DNA of 64,000 nucleotides from an uncultured Dehalococcoidia bacterium (GCA_964599885.1 CAZRHH010000004.1:9082-73081), one strand, 5' to 3'; numbered from the stretch's first letter, positions 18,682 to 28,932 are shown. Notes: a model not told the origin generated them from the letters alone. Translations and numbers: made by a program.

Positions 18682-19610
18682 CGCGCACGTTCGTCATCGG
18701 CACCCGCGGCAGCCGGTTGGCGCTGCGTCAGGAGGAGTTGGTGCAGGACGCGCTCCGTGCCGCCGGCGTCGAAGCCGCGATCGAAGTCCGAGAGATCAAG
18801 ACCGAAGGTGACGTGTCCGCGGCGCCGCTCAGCTTGATCGGCGGGCTCGGCGTGTTCACGAAAGCGATCGAGGACGCGCTGCTCGCCGGTACGATCGACA
18901 TCGCCGTCCACAGTCTGAAAGATCTCCCTCCCGCGCTCACACCGGGCCTGATGCTCGCCGCGATCCCGGCGCGCGGCGACGCTCGCGACGCGCTCGTCAC
19001 CACCGATGGACGCCCGCTCTCGGAATTGAAGCAGGGTGCCCGTATCGGCACCGGCAGCGAGCGCCGCGCGACGCAGCTCAACGCGCTCCGCCCCGACATC
19101 GTCGCCGAAGACATCCGTGGCAACGTCGACACGCGCGTCCGCAAGGTCGAGTCGGGCGAGTACGACGGCGCCGTGCTGGCGATGGCGGGGCTGCTGCGCC
19201 TGGGGCTGGAGCTGAAAGCCGCGCACGTGTTCTCGCCCGACGAGATGCTGCCCGCCGTCGGCCAGGGCGCGCTCGGCGTCGAAGTGCGCGCAGACGATGC
19301 GGAAGCGCTCGCGCTGCTGCGTCCGATCGACGATCACGACACGCACGTCGCCGTCACCGCGGAGCGCGCGTTTCTCGCCCGTCTCGGCGCTGGCTGCCGT
19401 ATGCCGGTCGCCGGATTCGCCGCCGCCCGCGACGGCGTGATCACGATGCGCGCCCGCATTGCGACCGGCACGCCGCCGCAGATGATCGATCTCGCCGCCG
19501 CCGCCGAGACCCCTAACGCCATCGCATTAGGCGAACAACTCGCCGACGAAATGATGTCGCGCGCGGGGCTAGAGGTTGGAGGTAGAGGTTGGACAGGCGG
19601 CGTTCGGTGA
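18678..19610 (+). CDS. hemC: hydroxymethylbilane synthase (porphobilinogen deaminase)
   Basis: ATG overlaps the hemA stop (ATGA). FVIGTRGSRLALRQ and a dipyrromethane cofactor region. Confidence 0.9.
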   Translation: MTRTFVIGTRGSRLALRQEELVQDALRAAGVEAAIEVREIKTEGDVSAAPLSLIGGLGVFTKAIEDALLAGTIDIAVHSLKDLPPALTPGLMLAAIPARGDARDALVTTDGRPLSELKQGARIGTGSERRATQLNALRPDIVAEDIRGNVDTRVRKVESGEYDGAVLAMAGLLRLGLELKAAHVFSPDEMLPAVGQGALGVEVRADDAEALALLRPIDDHDTHVAVTAERAFLARLGAGCRMPVAGFAAARDGVITMRARIATGTPPQMIDLAAAAETPNAIALGEQLADEMMSRAGLEVGGRGWTGGVR

Positions 19611-19620
19611 GTTGGCGGTG

Positions 19621-19649
19621 GTTTGGAGCGGGCGGAGCTAAAGCTCCGC
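19621..19649 (+). repeat. palindromic REP-like element GGCGGAGCTAAAGCTCCGCAGCTACGTCC
   Basis: Contains a perfect hairpin, CGGAGCT-aa-AGCTCCG. A near-identical copy lies at 52765-52793. Both are immediately 3' of plus-strand genes. Confidence 0.7.
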
Positions 19650-19677
19650 AGCTACGTCCACTGATTCGGATCACCTT

Positions 19678-21204
19678 GTGAGCACCAAGCGCGGCTTCGT
19701 CTCGCTCGTCGGAGCTGGGCCTGGTGATCTGCAACTAATCACCGTCGGCGGCGCGGCGCGGCTCGCCGAGGCCGACGTCGTCGTCTACGACCGGCTGGCC
19801 AATCCGGCGCTGCTCTCGCACGCGCGCACGGACGCCGAGCTGATCTACGTTGGGAAGATGCCCGACCGCCACACGTTGTCGCAGGACGAGATCAACGCGC
19901 TGCTCGTCGAGCGCGGACTCGCCGGCCAGCGCGTCGTGCGCCTCAAGGGCGGCGACCCGTTCGTCTTTGGTCGCGGCGGCGAAGAGGCGGAAGCGCTGAT
20001 CGCCGCCGGTGTCGCGTTCGAGGTGCTGCCCGGCGTCACGTCGGCGATCGCGGCTGCGGCGTACGCCGGCGTGCCGGTGACGCACCGCGCGCTGGCATCG
20101 TCCTTCGCGGTCATCACCGGTCACGAAGATCCCGCCAAGGACGACACCAGCATCAACTGGGAGAAGCTCGCGACCGGCGTCGATACGCTCGTCTTCCTGA
20201 TGGGCGTCGGCCGGCTCGAAGAGATCGCGCGGCGCCTCATCGCGCACGGCCGCGCCACCACGACGCCCGTCGCCGTCGTCGAATGGGCCACGCTGCCGCG
20301 GCAGCGCACCGTGACTGGCACGCTCGATACGATCGCCGGCGTCGTTGCCGAGAGCGGCATCGGTGCGCCCGCCGTCACCATCGTCGGAGAGGTCGCCGCC
20401 CTGCGGGCCGGCCTGCGCTGGTTCGATACGCGCCCGCTGTTCGGCAAGCGCGTACTTGTCACGCGCACGCGTCAGCAGGCGAGCGATCTCTCTCGCCTGC
20501 TTGCCGCACAGGGCGCCGAGCCCGTCGAGCTGCCGACGATCGAGATCGTGCCGCGCGTCGATGCGGCAACGCTGTCACGATCGATCGCGCTGCTGCGGAG
20601 CTCCGGCTATGGCTGGTGCATCTTTACCAGCGCCAACGCCGTCGACATCTTCATCGCGCATCTGCGCGATGCACAGCTCGATGTGCGGGCATTCACACGC
20701 ACGCAGATCGCCGCGATCGGCCCGGGCACGGCCGAATCGCTCGCTGCTCACGGCCTGCGCGCAGATGTCGTCCCCGAGCGGTATGTCGCTGAAGGGCTGA
20801 TCGGCGCGCTCGCGCAGCGTGTTGTCCGCGGCCAGCGCGTGCTGCTGCTACGCGCCGAGGATGCTCGGAAAACGATCGTTGACGCGCTGACGCAGCGAGG
20901 CGCGACAATCGATGAGCTGACGCTGTACACGGCCGCCGTGCCGCAGCAGCGTGATGCCGAGGCGCTCCGCCGTCTTCGCGCCGGCGAGATCGACATCGCG
21001 ACGTTCGCCAGCTCGTCGTCCGTCCGCAATCTCATCGAGATGCTCGATGGCGACATCACGCCGTTGCGCAACGTCAAGATCGCCGCGATCGGCCCCGTGA
21101 CCGCAGAAGCCGTCCGCGCTGCCGGCCTGGAACTGGCGATCATGCCGGACACGTACACGATCGAGGCGCTGGTCGATGCGCTGGTGCATGACGCCGCGGG
21201 ATAG
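19678..21204 (+). CDS. uroporphyrinogen-III C-methyltransferase fused to uroporphyrinogen-III synthase (CobA/HemD)
   Basis: GTG start. N-terminal VGAGPGD...GGDPFVFGRGGEE (SUMT); C-terminal HemD-like half. Confidence 0.85.
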   Translation: MSTKRGFVSLVGAGPGDLQLITVGGAARLAEADVVVYDRLANPALLSHARTDAELIYVGKMPDRHTLSQDEINALLVERGLAGQRVVRLKGGDPFVFGRGGEEAEALIAAGVAFEVLPGVTSAIAAAAYAGVPVTHRALASSFAVITGHEDPAKDDTSINWEKLATGVDTLVFLMGVGRLEEIARRLIAHGRATTTPVAVVEWATLPRQRTVTGTLDTIAGVVAESGIGAPAVTIVGEVAALRAGLRWFDTRPLFGKRVLVTRTRQQASDLSRLLAAQGAEPVELPTIEIVPRVDAATLSRSIALLRSSGYGWCIFTSANAVDIFIAHLRDAQLDVRAFTRTQIAAIGPGTAESLAAHGLRADVVPERYVAEGLIGALAQRVVRGQRVLLLRAEDARKTIVDALTQRGATIDELTLYTAAVPQQRDAEALRRLRAGEIDIATFASSSSVRNLIEMLDGDITPLRNVKIAAIGPVTAEAVRAAGLELAIMPDTYTIEALVDALVHDAAG

Positions 21205-21293
21205 GGATCCGGCTGGCGTAGCGGTTCAAGACCCGTCGGCGCGCCAGTCGCGGACCCGAATGGGGGGACGGGCCCAGCCGGTAGAATGAACGT

Positions 21294-22286
21294 ATGCTAG
21301 ACCTCAACACCCGGGGCGATTTCGCCCGCAACCGCCGCCTCCGCCGCTCCGAGGGCCTGCGCCGCCTCGTCGCCGAAACGCGCCTGTCGCCGTCGGACTT
21401 CGTCTACCCGTTGTTCGTCACGCACGGCACCGGAGTCCGCGAACCGATCGTCTCGATGCCGGGCCAGTACCGGCTGTCGCTGGATCAGATCCGCGCCGAG
21501 GCGAAGGAACTGCGCGACGTCGGCGTCAACGCTGTTCTTCTGTTCGGGCTGCCGGCGTCGAAGGACGAGCAGGGCACAGAAGCGTTCAGCGACGCCGGCA
21601 TCGCGCAGGACGCCGTGCGCGCGTTCAAGGATGCCTCGCCAGATCTCGTCGTGATCACCGACGTCTGCATGTGTGAATACACGAGCCACGGCCATTGCGG
21701 CATCATCAGCGACGATGGCGAGGTCGATAACGACCGCTCGATCGAACTGATCGCCAAGACGGCCGTTTCGCACGCACGCGCCGGCGCCGACATGGTCGCG
21801 CCGTCCGACATGATGGACGGGCGCGTCGCCGCCATTCGCGAGGAGCTGGACGACAACGACTACACGCAGACACCGATCATGGCGTACAGCGCGAAGTACG
21901 CGTCGGCGTTCTACGGCCCGTTCCGCGAAGCCGCCGACAGCGCGCCGCAGTTCGGCGACCGCCGCGGCTACCAGATGGATCCGCCCAACGCCCGCGAAGC
22001 GCTCCGCGAGATCCAGGATGACCTCGACGAGGGCGCGGACATCGTCATCGTGAAGCCCGCGCTTCCGTACCTCGACATCGTCTCGCGCGCCCGCGACGCG
22101 TTCGACGTGCCGCTCGCCGCGTACAACGTCAGCGGCGAGTACGCCATGGTTAAGGCGGCTGCCGCCAATGGCTGGATCGACGAACAGCGGACGATCCTCG
22201 AGACGCTGACATCGATAAAACGGGCTGGCGCTGACATCATCATCACGTATCACGCCAAAGAGGCCGCGCGTTGGCTGCAAGCGTGA
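21294..22286 (+). CDS. hemB: porphobilinogen synthase (delta-aminolevulinate dehydratase)
   Basis: 330 aa with active-site lysine-region motifs ([22 protein letters not shown]). Confidence 0.9.
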   Translation: MLDLNTRGDFARNRRLRRSEGLRRLVAETRLSPSDFVYPLFVTHGTGVREPIVSMPGQYRLSLDQIRAEAKELRDVGVNAVLLFGLPASKDEQGTEAFSDAGIAQDAVRAFKDASPDLVVITDVCMCEYTSHGHCGIISDDGEVDNDRSIELIAKTAVSHARAGADMVAPSDMMDGRVAAIREELDDNDYTQTPIMAYSAKYASAFYGPFREAADSAPQFGDRRGYQMDPPNAREALREIQDDLDEGADIVIVKPALPYLDIVSRARDAFDVPLAAYNVSGEYAMVKAAAANGWIDEQRTILETLTSIKRAGADIIITYHAKEAARWLQA

Positions 22287-22455
22287 CCCTTCGCGCGAAC
22301 ACCCCGGCACACGCGCGCATCGCGCGATTGCCGGGCTCCTCCGGGCGATGTTCGTGAGCGACGGTCATCCCACTTCCGGATCCCGCTGTCCGCTTGCCGC
22401 GCCTAGCGGCGTACAATGAAGCCGCCATTGCGGCCCCCTTCGCACTGGAGGACCT

Positions 22456-23163
22456 ATGCCAGTTATCACGGTGTCCGGATCGCTCGGAAGCGGCGCGCGG
22501 GAAGTCGCCCAGGCCGTCGCGAAGCAGATGCAACTCGACTACGTAGACCAGGAGATCCTCGTCGAAGCGGCGCGCGAACTCGGCGTCACCGTGTCGGCAA
22601 TCGAGCAACACGACGAGCGGCCGAGCAACATCGGCGAGCGTCTGGCAGGCGTAATGCGCACGCTGATGGAACGCTCCGCGGCCGCCGGCGCAGTGGATCC
22701 GATGAGCGGCGGCGGCCTGGAACTCGTCCTGGCACGATCGTACGGCGAAGCGGCGGAGCTGCCCGAAGCCGGGGCAGGTCAGCTTGACGACGAGCGCTAT
22801 CTAAAGACGCTGACGTCGGTGATTCGCGGCGTGGCGGCCCGCGATAACGTCGTCATTCTCGGGCGCGGCAGCCAGTCGATCCTCCACGACGTCGAGCACG
22901 CGCTCCATGTGTACGTTGCTTCGCCGAAGCAGTTTCGGATTGATGCCCTGGTTCAGAAGGAAGACATGTCGGTGCACGACGCCGAGCGCCGCATCAAACA
23001 GAGCGACCATAACCGGCAGGCGTTTCATCGGCGATACTTCAAGGCCGATGCGGAGAATCCCGCGCTCTACGACCTCGTGATCAACGGCGGGCGCATCGGC
23101 GTGACGCACGCGGTGGAGTTGATCGCGCTCGCCGTCTCGCAGAAGGCGCCGCTTCCCGGCTAG
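22456..23163 (+). CDS. cytidylate-kinase-like family P-loop protein
   Basis: MPVITVSGSLGSGAREVA Walker-A-like N-terminus; PF13189-like architecture. Confidence 0.6.
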   Translation: MPVITVSGSLGSGAREVAQAVAKQMQLDYVDQEILVEAARELGVTVSAIEQHDERPSNIGERLAGVMRTLMERSAAAGAVDPMSGGGLELVLARSYGEAAELPEAGAGQLDDERYLKTLTSVIRGVAARDNVVILGRGSQSILHDVEHALHVYVASPKQFRIDALVQKEDMSVHDAERRIKQSDHNRQAFHRRYFKADAENPALYDLVINGGRIGVTHAVELIALAVSQKAPLPG

Positions 23164-23172
23164 GAGCCAACG

Positions 23173-23517
23173 ATGTACCTCAGCCCTGAAGCACAACGCT
23201 TGCTTGGCGACGTGCAGCGAGCGCATGAGACGCTGATCGAGCATTTTCATGCCGGCGAGGCGCATCGCCGCGCATTTCGGGCGATCTACGGTGCGTTCGA
23301 ATCGGCGCTTGGTGACGTCGACGATGCGCATCTCAACGCGCCAGTCGATGGCGGCTGGTCGCCCGCGCGCGTGCTGGTCCACATCGCCGAGCACGATCAG
23401 CAGATCGAGGAAGCGGCGAAGCGCGGCATCGAACACATGATCGAGCACGGCCTCGAACACGCGCGTAGTCTCTGGATCGCGCGCCTCCCACGCGCCGACG
23501 ATCGCGGCGGCGATTAG
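23173..23517 (+). CDS. hypothetical protein (DinB/YfiT-like four-helix metal-binding fold suspected)
   Basis: 114 aa; paired His motifs (HFHAGEAH, HIAEHDQ, HMIEHGLEH). Confidence 0.4.
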   Translation: MYLSPEAQRLLGDVQRAHETLIEHFHAGEAHRRAFRAIYGAFESALGDVDDAHLNAPVDGGWSPARVLVHIAEHDQQIEEAAKRGIEHMIEHGLEHARSLWIARLPRADDRGGD

Positions 23518-23520
23518 CGG

Positions 23521-24210
23521 ATGCTCGAAGGCGCCATCGCGATCGTAGCGGCGTACGCGCTTGGATCCGTACCGATCGCCTTCCTAACCGGGCACGCCGC
23601 GAAGGGCATCGACCTGCGCGAGCATGGCAGCGGCAACGCCGGTGCATCGAACGTGTGGCAGAGCGTGTCGAAGGCGCTCGTCGTGCCGGTCGGGCTTGCG
23701 CAGATCGGGCAGGGTCTGAGCGCCGTACTGCTCGCTGTCGTGCTGGACGCTGGCGATGGCGTGCGTGTCGCGTGCGCGGTCGCTGCGCTGCTCGCGAACA
23801 ACTGGAATCCGTGGCTCGGATTCACCGGCGGGCGCGGCGTTGGCGTCGTGATCGGCGCGCTGATCGCACTGTCGCCGGTCGCGCTGGTGGTGTTCATCGT
23901 CGTGGCGCTGGCTGGTGTCACCGTGCGGGCGATACCGCAGGGCGTCGGCGTGGCGCTGGTCGTGATGCCGGCTGGCGCGCTGATCGCAGGACAGTCGCCG
24001 GCGATCGTGTGCGGGTGCGTGCTGCTGGCTGCGGTAGTGCTACTGAAGCGCCTGGCCGCGAACGGCGCGCCTGACGCGGAGTACGAGCGCCCGGGTGTGT
24101 GGCTCAGTCGTCTGCTGTACGACCGCGATGTGCGCGATCGCGAGTCGTGGGTGCGGCGTTCGGTTGGAAGCGAGTTGCAGGAGACCGGCAGCCGTAAGTT
24201 CGGCGAATGA
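23521..24210 (+). CDS. plsY: glycerol-3-phosphate acyltransferase PlsY
   Basis: GSGNAGASNV matches the PlsY GSGNxGATN signature; multi-TM protein. Confidence 0.8.
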   Translation: MLEGAIAIVAAYALGSVPIAFLTGHAAKGIDLREHGSGNAGASNVWQSVSKALVVPVGLAQIGQGLSAVLLAVVLDAGDGVRVACAVAALLANNWNPWLGFTGGRGVGVVIGALIALSPVALVVFIVVALAGVTVRAIPQGVGVALVVMPAGALIAGQSPAIVCGCVLLAAVVLLKRLAANGAPDAEYERPGVWLSRLLYDRDVRDRESWVRRSVGSELQETGSRKFGE

Positions 24211-24698
24211 AAGCCCACATCGCGGGGCCGCCCGGCAGCGGCAAGACGACGCTGGCTCGCGAGATTGCCCGCATCTGCAACGTGCCGGCGTACGATCTCG
24301 ACTGGATCGTGTACGACGACGCGGGAGAGCGGCCGCGAGCCGAGCTGCTCGCGCGCATCGATGAGATCCGCGATCGCGACGGTTGGGTGACGGACGGCGC
24401 GTACGCCGAAGAGTGGGTCGCGACGTTACTCGCGGATGCGGAGACGATCGTCTGGCTGGACGTGCCCTGGCGAGTCTGCGCGTTGCGCATGGTGAAGCGC
24501 CACGTGCGCGCGGAACTGGCGCGAAACAACCGGCACCCGGGCTGGCGGAAGCTGTACCGGTTCCTGCGGTACACGCGCAGTACCGCGACGAGCCATCGAG
24601 CGCGGACTCGGGCGATGCTGGCGCCGTACGCGTCGAAGGTGGTGCGGTGCGCATCGGCACACGATGTCGCGAGTTTCGTTGCTGGGTTGCGCGAATGA
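24207..24698 (+). CDS. P-loop NTPase (adenylate-kinase/topology-modulation-protein-like AAA family)
   Basis: Walker A GPPGSGKTTLAREIA. ATGA overlap with plsY. Confidence 0.6.
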   Translation: MKAHIAGPPGSGKTTLAREIARICNVPAYDLDWIVYDDAGERPRAELLARIDEIRDRDGWVTDGAYAEEWVATLLADAETIVWLDVPWRVCALRMVKRHVRAELARNNRHPGWRKLYRFLRYTRSTATSHRARTRAMLAPYASKVVRCASAHDVASFVAGLRE

Positions 24699-24751
24699 CG
24701 CCAGGTTGGGCCGCCGCGCTACACTGTCGCCGTCACACCCCTCGTCGCTGA

Positions 24752-26179
24752 TTGGGCTGCATGATCCCAAAGACACGACTTCGTCATCGGACGCGCGGCG
24801 CGGTGGCCGCCGGCTTCGTGTTGCTCGCGCTGTTGCTTGCGGGGTGCGGGGTGGCGACGCCGGAACTGACGCCGACGCCCGTGCCTTCGGCGACAGCTGC
24901 GCCGGCGACACCAGCGGGGCCGACCGCGACCGCTACGCCCGACCTGGCGGTGCTGCTCAAGGACGGCGGCATCGCGATCATTCTGGCGGCGTACGACCGG
25001 TTGCTCGACGAGTACATCGACCCGCTAGAGCCGTCGCGGCTGCTGGATGGGGCATGGGTGGTGATGGCGCAGGAAGCAGCGGCATTGGGCGCGTCCGTCC
25101 CGCCGTCACCTGTGTTTGGCGATGACCGCGCGGTGGCGTTCGCGGCGTTTCGCGACGCGTACGTGCCGCTGGCGAACGGCGTCGCGGACCCGACGAAGCT
25201 GCGGTTCGGGGCAATCCGCGGCATGACGCAGACGCTGCAGGACTGCCACACGTTCTTCCTCAACCCGGTCGCCAGCGACACCATCGTCGACGCTCGCTCG
25301 GGCGCCGGCGTCGTCGGGATCGGCGTGGAGCTCGCGGGCATACCGCCGCTTGTCACCGAAGTGATCACGGGTAGCCCGGCGGCGCAAGCGGGCGTACTCG
25401 TCGGGGATCGCGTGACGGCCGTGGACGGCGCGGACACGTCGGCGCTCGGGCCGGCGAGCACGTTCGATCTGATCAACGGCGACGAAGGCACGAGCGTGAC
25501 GCTGGAGCTGACGCGGCGCAGCGACGGCACGCGATCCGAGGTGACGGCCCGGCGCGCACGAGTGAGGCCGCCAAACATCGATACGCGCACACTCAATGGT
25601 GGTGGAGGCAACGGCAGCATCGGGTACGTGCGCATCCGCAACTTCGTCGATACGGGCGTCAGCGCGCCGCTGAAGGAGGCGCTGCTGGCGTTCGACGCGC
25701 AGGGCATCACATCGTGGATCATCGACGTGAGAGGGAACCCTGGCGGCCGTCTCGACTCGGAAGCGATCAGCCTGTTCGTGCGCGAAGGCGCCGTCGTCAG
25801 GGACCGCGGCCGCGCGGGGCTGCTCGAAGAAGTGCAGGCGGACGGCAAGGTGCTGCCCGTGATCCGGCCTACCGTCCTGCTGACGAACAATCGCACCGGA
25901 TCCGTGGCCGAGGTGTTTGCCGCGGCGCTGCAAGAATACGGCGTGGCGTACGTCATCGGTGCGAACACGAACGGCTGCGTCGGCTACACCGACATCCGCG
26001 ACTTTGGCGACGGATCATCGATGGCGGTGACGACGCACGTGAACCTCGGCCCGGTGACAGGCGCCGGACTCAACGGCATCGGCGTGGCGCCCGATCTGCG
26101 CATCTCGCGCACAGAGAGCGATATCGCGAACGCGCTGGACCCGCAGCTCGATGCCGCGGTAGCGCATCTTTCGCCGTGA
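24752..26179 (+). CDS. S41-family C-terminal processing peptidase with PDZ domain
   Basis: Signal/anchor, PDZ segment (GDRVTAVDG) and IIDVRGNPGG catalytic-serine region. Confidence 0.85.
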   Translation: MGCMIPKTRLRHRTRGAVAAGFVLLALLLAGCGVATPELTPTPVPSATAAPATPAGPTATATPDLAVLLKDGGIAIILAAYDRLLDEYIDPLEPSRLLDGAWVVMAQEAAALGASVPPSPVFGDDRAVAFAAFRDAYVPLANGVADPTKLRFGAIRGMTQTLQDCHTFFLNPVASDTIVDARSGAGVVGIGVELAGIPPLVTEVITGSPAAQAGVLVGDRVTAVDGADTSALGPASTFDLINGDEGTSVTLELTRRSDGTRSEVTARRARVRPPNIDTRTLNGGGGNGSIGYVRIRNFVDTGVSAPLKEALLAFDAQGITSWIIDVRGNPGGRLDSEAISLFVREGAVVRDRGRAGLLEEVQADGKVLPVIRPTVLLTNNRTGSVAEVFAAALQEYGVAYVIGANTNGCVGYTDIRDFGDGSSMAVTTHVNLGPVTGAGLNGIGVAPDLRISRTESDIANALDPQLDAAVAHLSP

Positions 26180-26189
26180 CGTACGTTGG

Positions 26190-26211
26190 TTTCACCACAG
26201 AGGCACAGAGG
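26190..26211 (+). repeat. TTCACCACAGAGGCACAGAGG repeat (copy 2)
   Basis: ttcaccacagaggcacagagg directly after the peptidase stop. Confidence 0.85.
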
Positions 26212-26255
26212 CGCGGAGCGATCTGCTGGAGGATTTGACGCCTGAGCCTGCTATA

Positions 26256-26290
26256 CCGGGGCGAACACGTAGGTTCGCCCCTACCGCGGT
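26256..26290 (+). repeat. hairpin motif CCGGGGCGAACACGTAGGTTCGCCCCTACCGCGGT (5'-leader-like)
   Basis: Nine-base-pair stem GGGGCGAAC/GTTCGCCCC; a second copy lies at 49999-50032. Both sit about 130-230 nt upstream of a plus-strand gene start and are followed by a CGCTTCCC box. Confidence 0.65.
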
Positions 26291-26414
26291 TATCACCAGG
26301 CATTCCCATCACACGAACGGAGGAGGGCAGGCACTCACGTATGACGGCTGTCGTGAAGTCATCAGGAGGAGCCAATCTCGCCTCCCGCTTCCCACGTCCG
26401 TATGATGATGCGCC

Positions 26415-27740
26415 ATGACGTTTGACCCGGGCTACGCTTCGATCTTTCCTCGCACGACGGCCGTGCGTGATGGGCGGCTGAGCATCGGCGGCTGGGACGC
26501 CCATGAGCTCACCCGGAGCTTCGGCTCACCGCTCTACGTCTTCGACGAGCACGAGCTGCGGGAGACGTGCCGCGAGTACGTGCAGGCGTTCACGTCGCGG
26601 CACGCCGATACGGAGATCACCTACGCGTCGAAGGCGTATCTGAGCCGCTGGATGGCGAGCGTCGCACGGGACGAGGGCATCGGGCTGGACATCGTGTCGG
26701 GGGGCGAGCTTGCGGTCGCGTTGTCGGCGGGATTTCCGGCGGGGCGTTGTCACTTCCACGGCAACAACAAAGGCGAGGATGAGCTGCGCGAAGCGATGCA
26801 TGCCGGCATAGGCCGCATCATCGTCGACAACTTCCACGAACTGGAGATGGTCGACCGCCTGGCGCGCGCGATGGGCATCGTGCAGACGATCATCCTGCGG
26901 TTATCGCCGAACGTCGACGCCCGCACGCACGCCAAAACGACGACCGGCACGCTCAACACGAAGTTCGGCATCGCGATCAGCACCGGCGCAGCGGAGCAGG
27001 CGATCGTCGAGGCGCAGCGGATGGCGGGCGTCGATCTTGCGGGGTTGCACAGCCACCTCGGATCGCCGCTGTTCGATCTGGAGCCGTACGACGAGGCGAA
27101 CGCCGTCATGCTGCCATTCGCGGCGGAGATGCGGCGCAAGCATGGCTTCGAACTGCGCGAGTACAGCCCGGGCGGCGGCTTCGCGTCGCAGTACGTGCGC
27201 GAGCGGCCGGCGCCATCGACGGACGCGTACGGGGAGACGGTGGTCGCGTCATTCAAGCGTCGCTGCGTGGAGAACGACCTGCCGCTGCCGCATCTCTTCG
27301 TCGAACCGGGGCGTTCGCTTGTCGCGCGTGCGGGCGTTGCGCTGTACACGGTGGGATCGAGCAAGCACGTCGAAGGGCTACGCACGTGGGTGTCGGTCGA
27401 CGGCGGCATGGCGGACAACATCCGCCCGGCGATCTACGACGCGAAGTACGAGGCCGTGGTCGTCAACCGCGCCGACGACGCTGCAACGGAGACGGTGACC
27501 ATCGCCGGGAAGTACTGTGAATCGGGCGACCTGCTGATCAAGGATGCGCAACTGCCGCCGACGCAGCCGGGCGACGTGATCGCGCTGCCGGCGTCAGGTG
27601 CGTATTGCCTGTCGATGGCCAGCAACTACAACATGGCGCTGAAGCCCGCCGTCGTCGTCGTCTCCGACGGCGGCACGAAGTTGATCCGCCGCCGCGAGAC
27701 GTACGCGGACCTGCTGGCGACGGACGTCTTCGACGCATAG
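26415..27740 (+). CDS. lysA: diaminopimelate decarboxylase (fold-III PLP decarboxylase)
   Basis: YASKAY PLP-lysine region, GGG, EPGR and CESGD motifs; 441 aa. Confidence 0.8.
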   Translation: MTFDPGYASIFPRTTAVRDGRLSIGGWDAHELTRSFGSPLYVFDEHELRETCREYVQAFTSRHADTEITYASKAYLSRWMASVARDEGIGLDIVSGGELAVALSAGFPAGRCHFHGNNKGEDELREAMHAGIGRIIVDNFHELEMVDRLARAMGIVQTIILRLSPNVDARTHAKTTTGTLNTKFGIAISTGAAEQAIVEAQRMAGVDLAGLHSHLGSPLFDLEPYDEANAVMLPFAAEMRRKHGFELREYSPGGGFASQYVRERPAPSTDAYGETVVASFKRRCVENDLPLPHLFVEPGRSLVARAGVALYTVGSSKHVEGLRTWVSVDGGMADNIRPAIYDAKYEAVVVNRADDAATETVTIAGKYCESGDLLIKDAQLPPTQPGDVIALPASGAYCLSMASNYNMALKPAVVVVSDGGTKLIRRRETYADLLATDVFDA

Positions 27741-27769
27741 TTGGAGCAGCGAGCACACTCGGAGGGAGC

Positions 27770-28846
27770 ATGAGTGACAAGACGCGCGTGCTGATCACGT
27801 TCGCGCTGGAACCGGAACTCGTCGAGATCATTCGTGACGTCGCGCCGGAGCGGATCGAGATAGAACTGCTGGGCCAGGATCAGCGGCGGCTGCTGCGCGG
27901 GTACGCCTATCCGAGCGAGCGCGAACGCGCGGCCGTCGCCGAGGGGCTACACGGTGCGTTCGATCAGGCGGAGATCGTGTTCGGATTTTGGGGCACGGAG
28001 CTGCACTCGGCGCTGACGTATGCCAACGCGAAAGAAAGCATCGCGGGGCCGAAGACGTTGCGGGAGGCGGCTCCAAAGCTCAAGTGGATCCAGCTCACGA
28101 GCGCTGGCGCCGACAGGCTGCTGAACAGCGGCTTCACCGAAGATGGCATCACGGTGACGACGGTCAGCGGGCTCCACGCGACGCCGATCGGCGAGTTCGT
28201 GATCAGCGCGATGCTGATGTGGGCGAAAGGTGCGCACCGCACGATGCGCGCGCAACTCAAGCACGAATGGACGCGGTTCGCGCCGTCCGAGCTGTACGGC
28301 AAGACCGTGGGTGTCGTGGGCATTGGCCACATCGGCGCCGAGGTCGGGCGGCTGGCGAAGGCGTTCGGCTGCCGCGTCATCGCGACACGCCGATCGGCAA
28401 CATCGATCACGAACGAGCCATACGCCGATGAGATCATGCCGTACGCCGAGCTACCGCGGCTGCTGGCCGAAAGCGACTACGTGGCGGTGTGCGTGCCGCT
28501 GACGCCTGACACCCGCGGCATGATCGGCGAAACGGAACTACGGGCGATGAAGCCCACGGCGTTCCTCGTGAACATCGCCCGCGGACCGGTGATCGACGAA
28601 GCGGCACTGATCGTCGCACTGCGCGACGGGTGGATCGGCGGCGCGGCGCTCGATGTGTTCGAGCGGGAGCCGCTCCCGCCGGACAGCCCACTGTGGGATC
28701 TGGAGAACGCGATCCTGACGCCGCACATCTCTGGTGGCACGGAGATCTACAACCAGCGTGCTGCGCGCATCTTCGCGGATAACCTGCGGCGCTATCTGGC
28801 GGGCGATCCGCTCGAGAACGTCGTCGATCCCGCGCGCGGGTACTGA
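27770..28846 (+). CDS. D-isomer-specific 2-hydroxyacid dehydrogenase (second paralogue)
   Basis: ATG at 27770 preceded by GGAGGGAG. GVVGIGHIGAEVGRLAKAFGCRV; paralogous to the gene at 2771. Confidence 0.8.
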   Translation: MSDKTRVLITFALEPELVEIIRDVAPERIEIELLGQDQRRLLRGYAYPSERERAAVAEGLHGAFDQAEIVFGFWGTELHSALTYANAKESIAGPKTLREAAPKLKWIQLTSAGADRLLNSGFTEDGITVTTVSGLHATPIGEFVISAMLMWAKGAHRTMRAQLKHEWTRFAPSELYGKTVGVVGIGHIGAEVGRLAKAFGCRVIATRRSATSITNEPYADEIMPYAELPRLLAESDYVAVCVPLTPDTRGMIGETELRAMKPTAFLVNIARGPVIDEAALIVALRDGWIGGAALDVFEREPLPPDSPLWDLENAILTPHISGGTEIYNQRAARIFADNLRRYLAGDPLENVVDPARGY

Positions 28847-28868
28847 TTGTTCGCTCTGTTTCACCGCA

Positions 28869-28909
28869 AAGACGCAAAGGACGCAAAGGGGCGCAAAGGT
28901 TTGAAGGGT
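28869..28909 (+). repeat. GCAAAGG-unit repeat (left arm of the inverted pair flanking the GxxExxY gene)
   Basis: tttcaccgcaaagacgcaaaggacgcaaaggggcgcaaagg begins with TTCACC like the CACAGAGG family. Confidence 0.8.
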
Positions 28910-28932
28910 AAAGAACCGGAAAGGGAGTCGGG

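Noticed and set aside
23173-23517. Firm DinB-family assignment
   Set aside because: Only the His-rich pattern supports it. Recorded as hypothetical with a tentative fold note.
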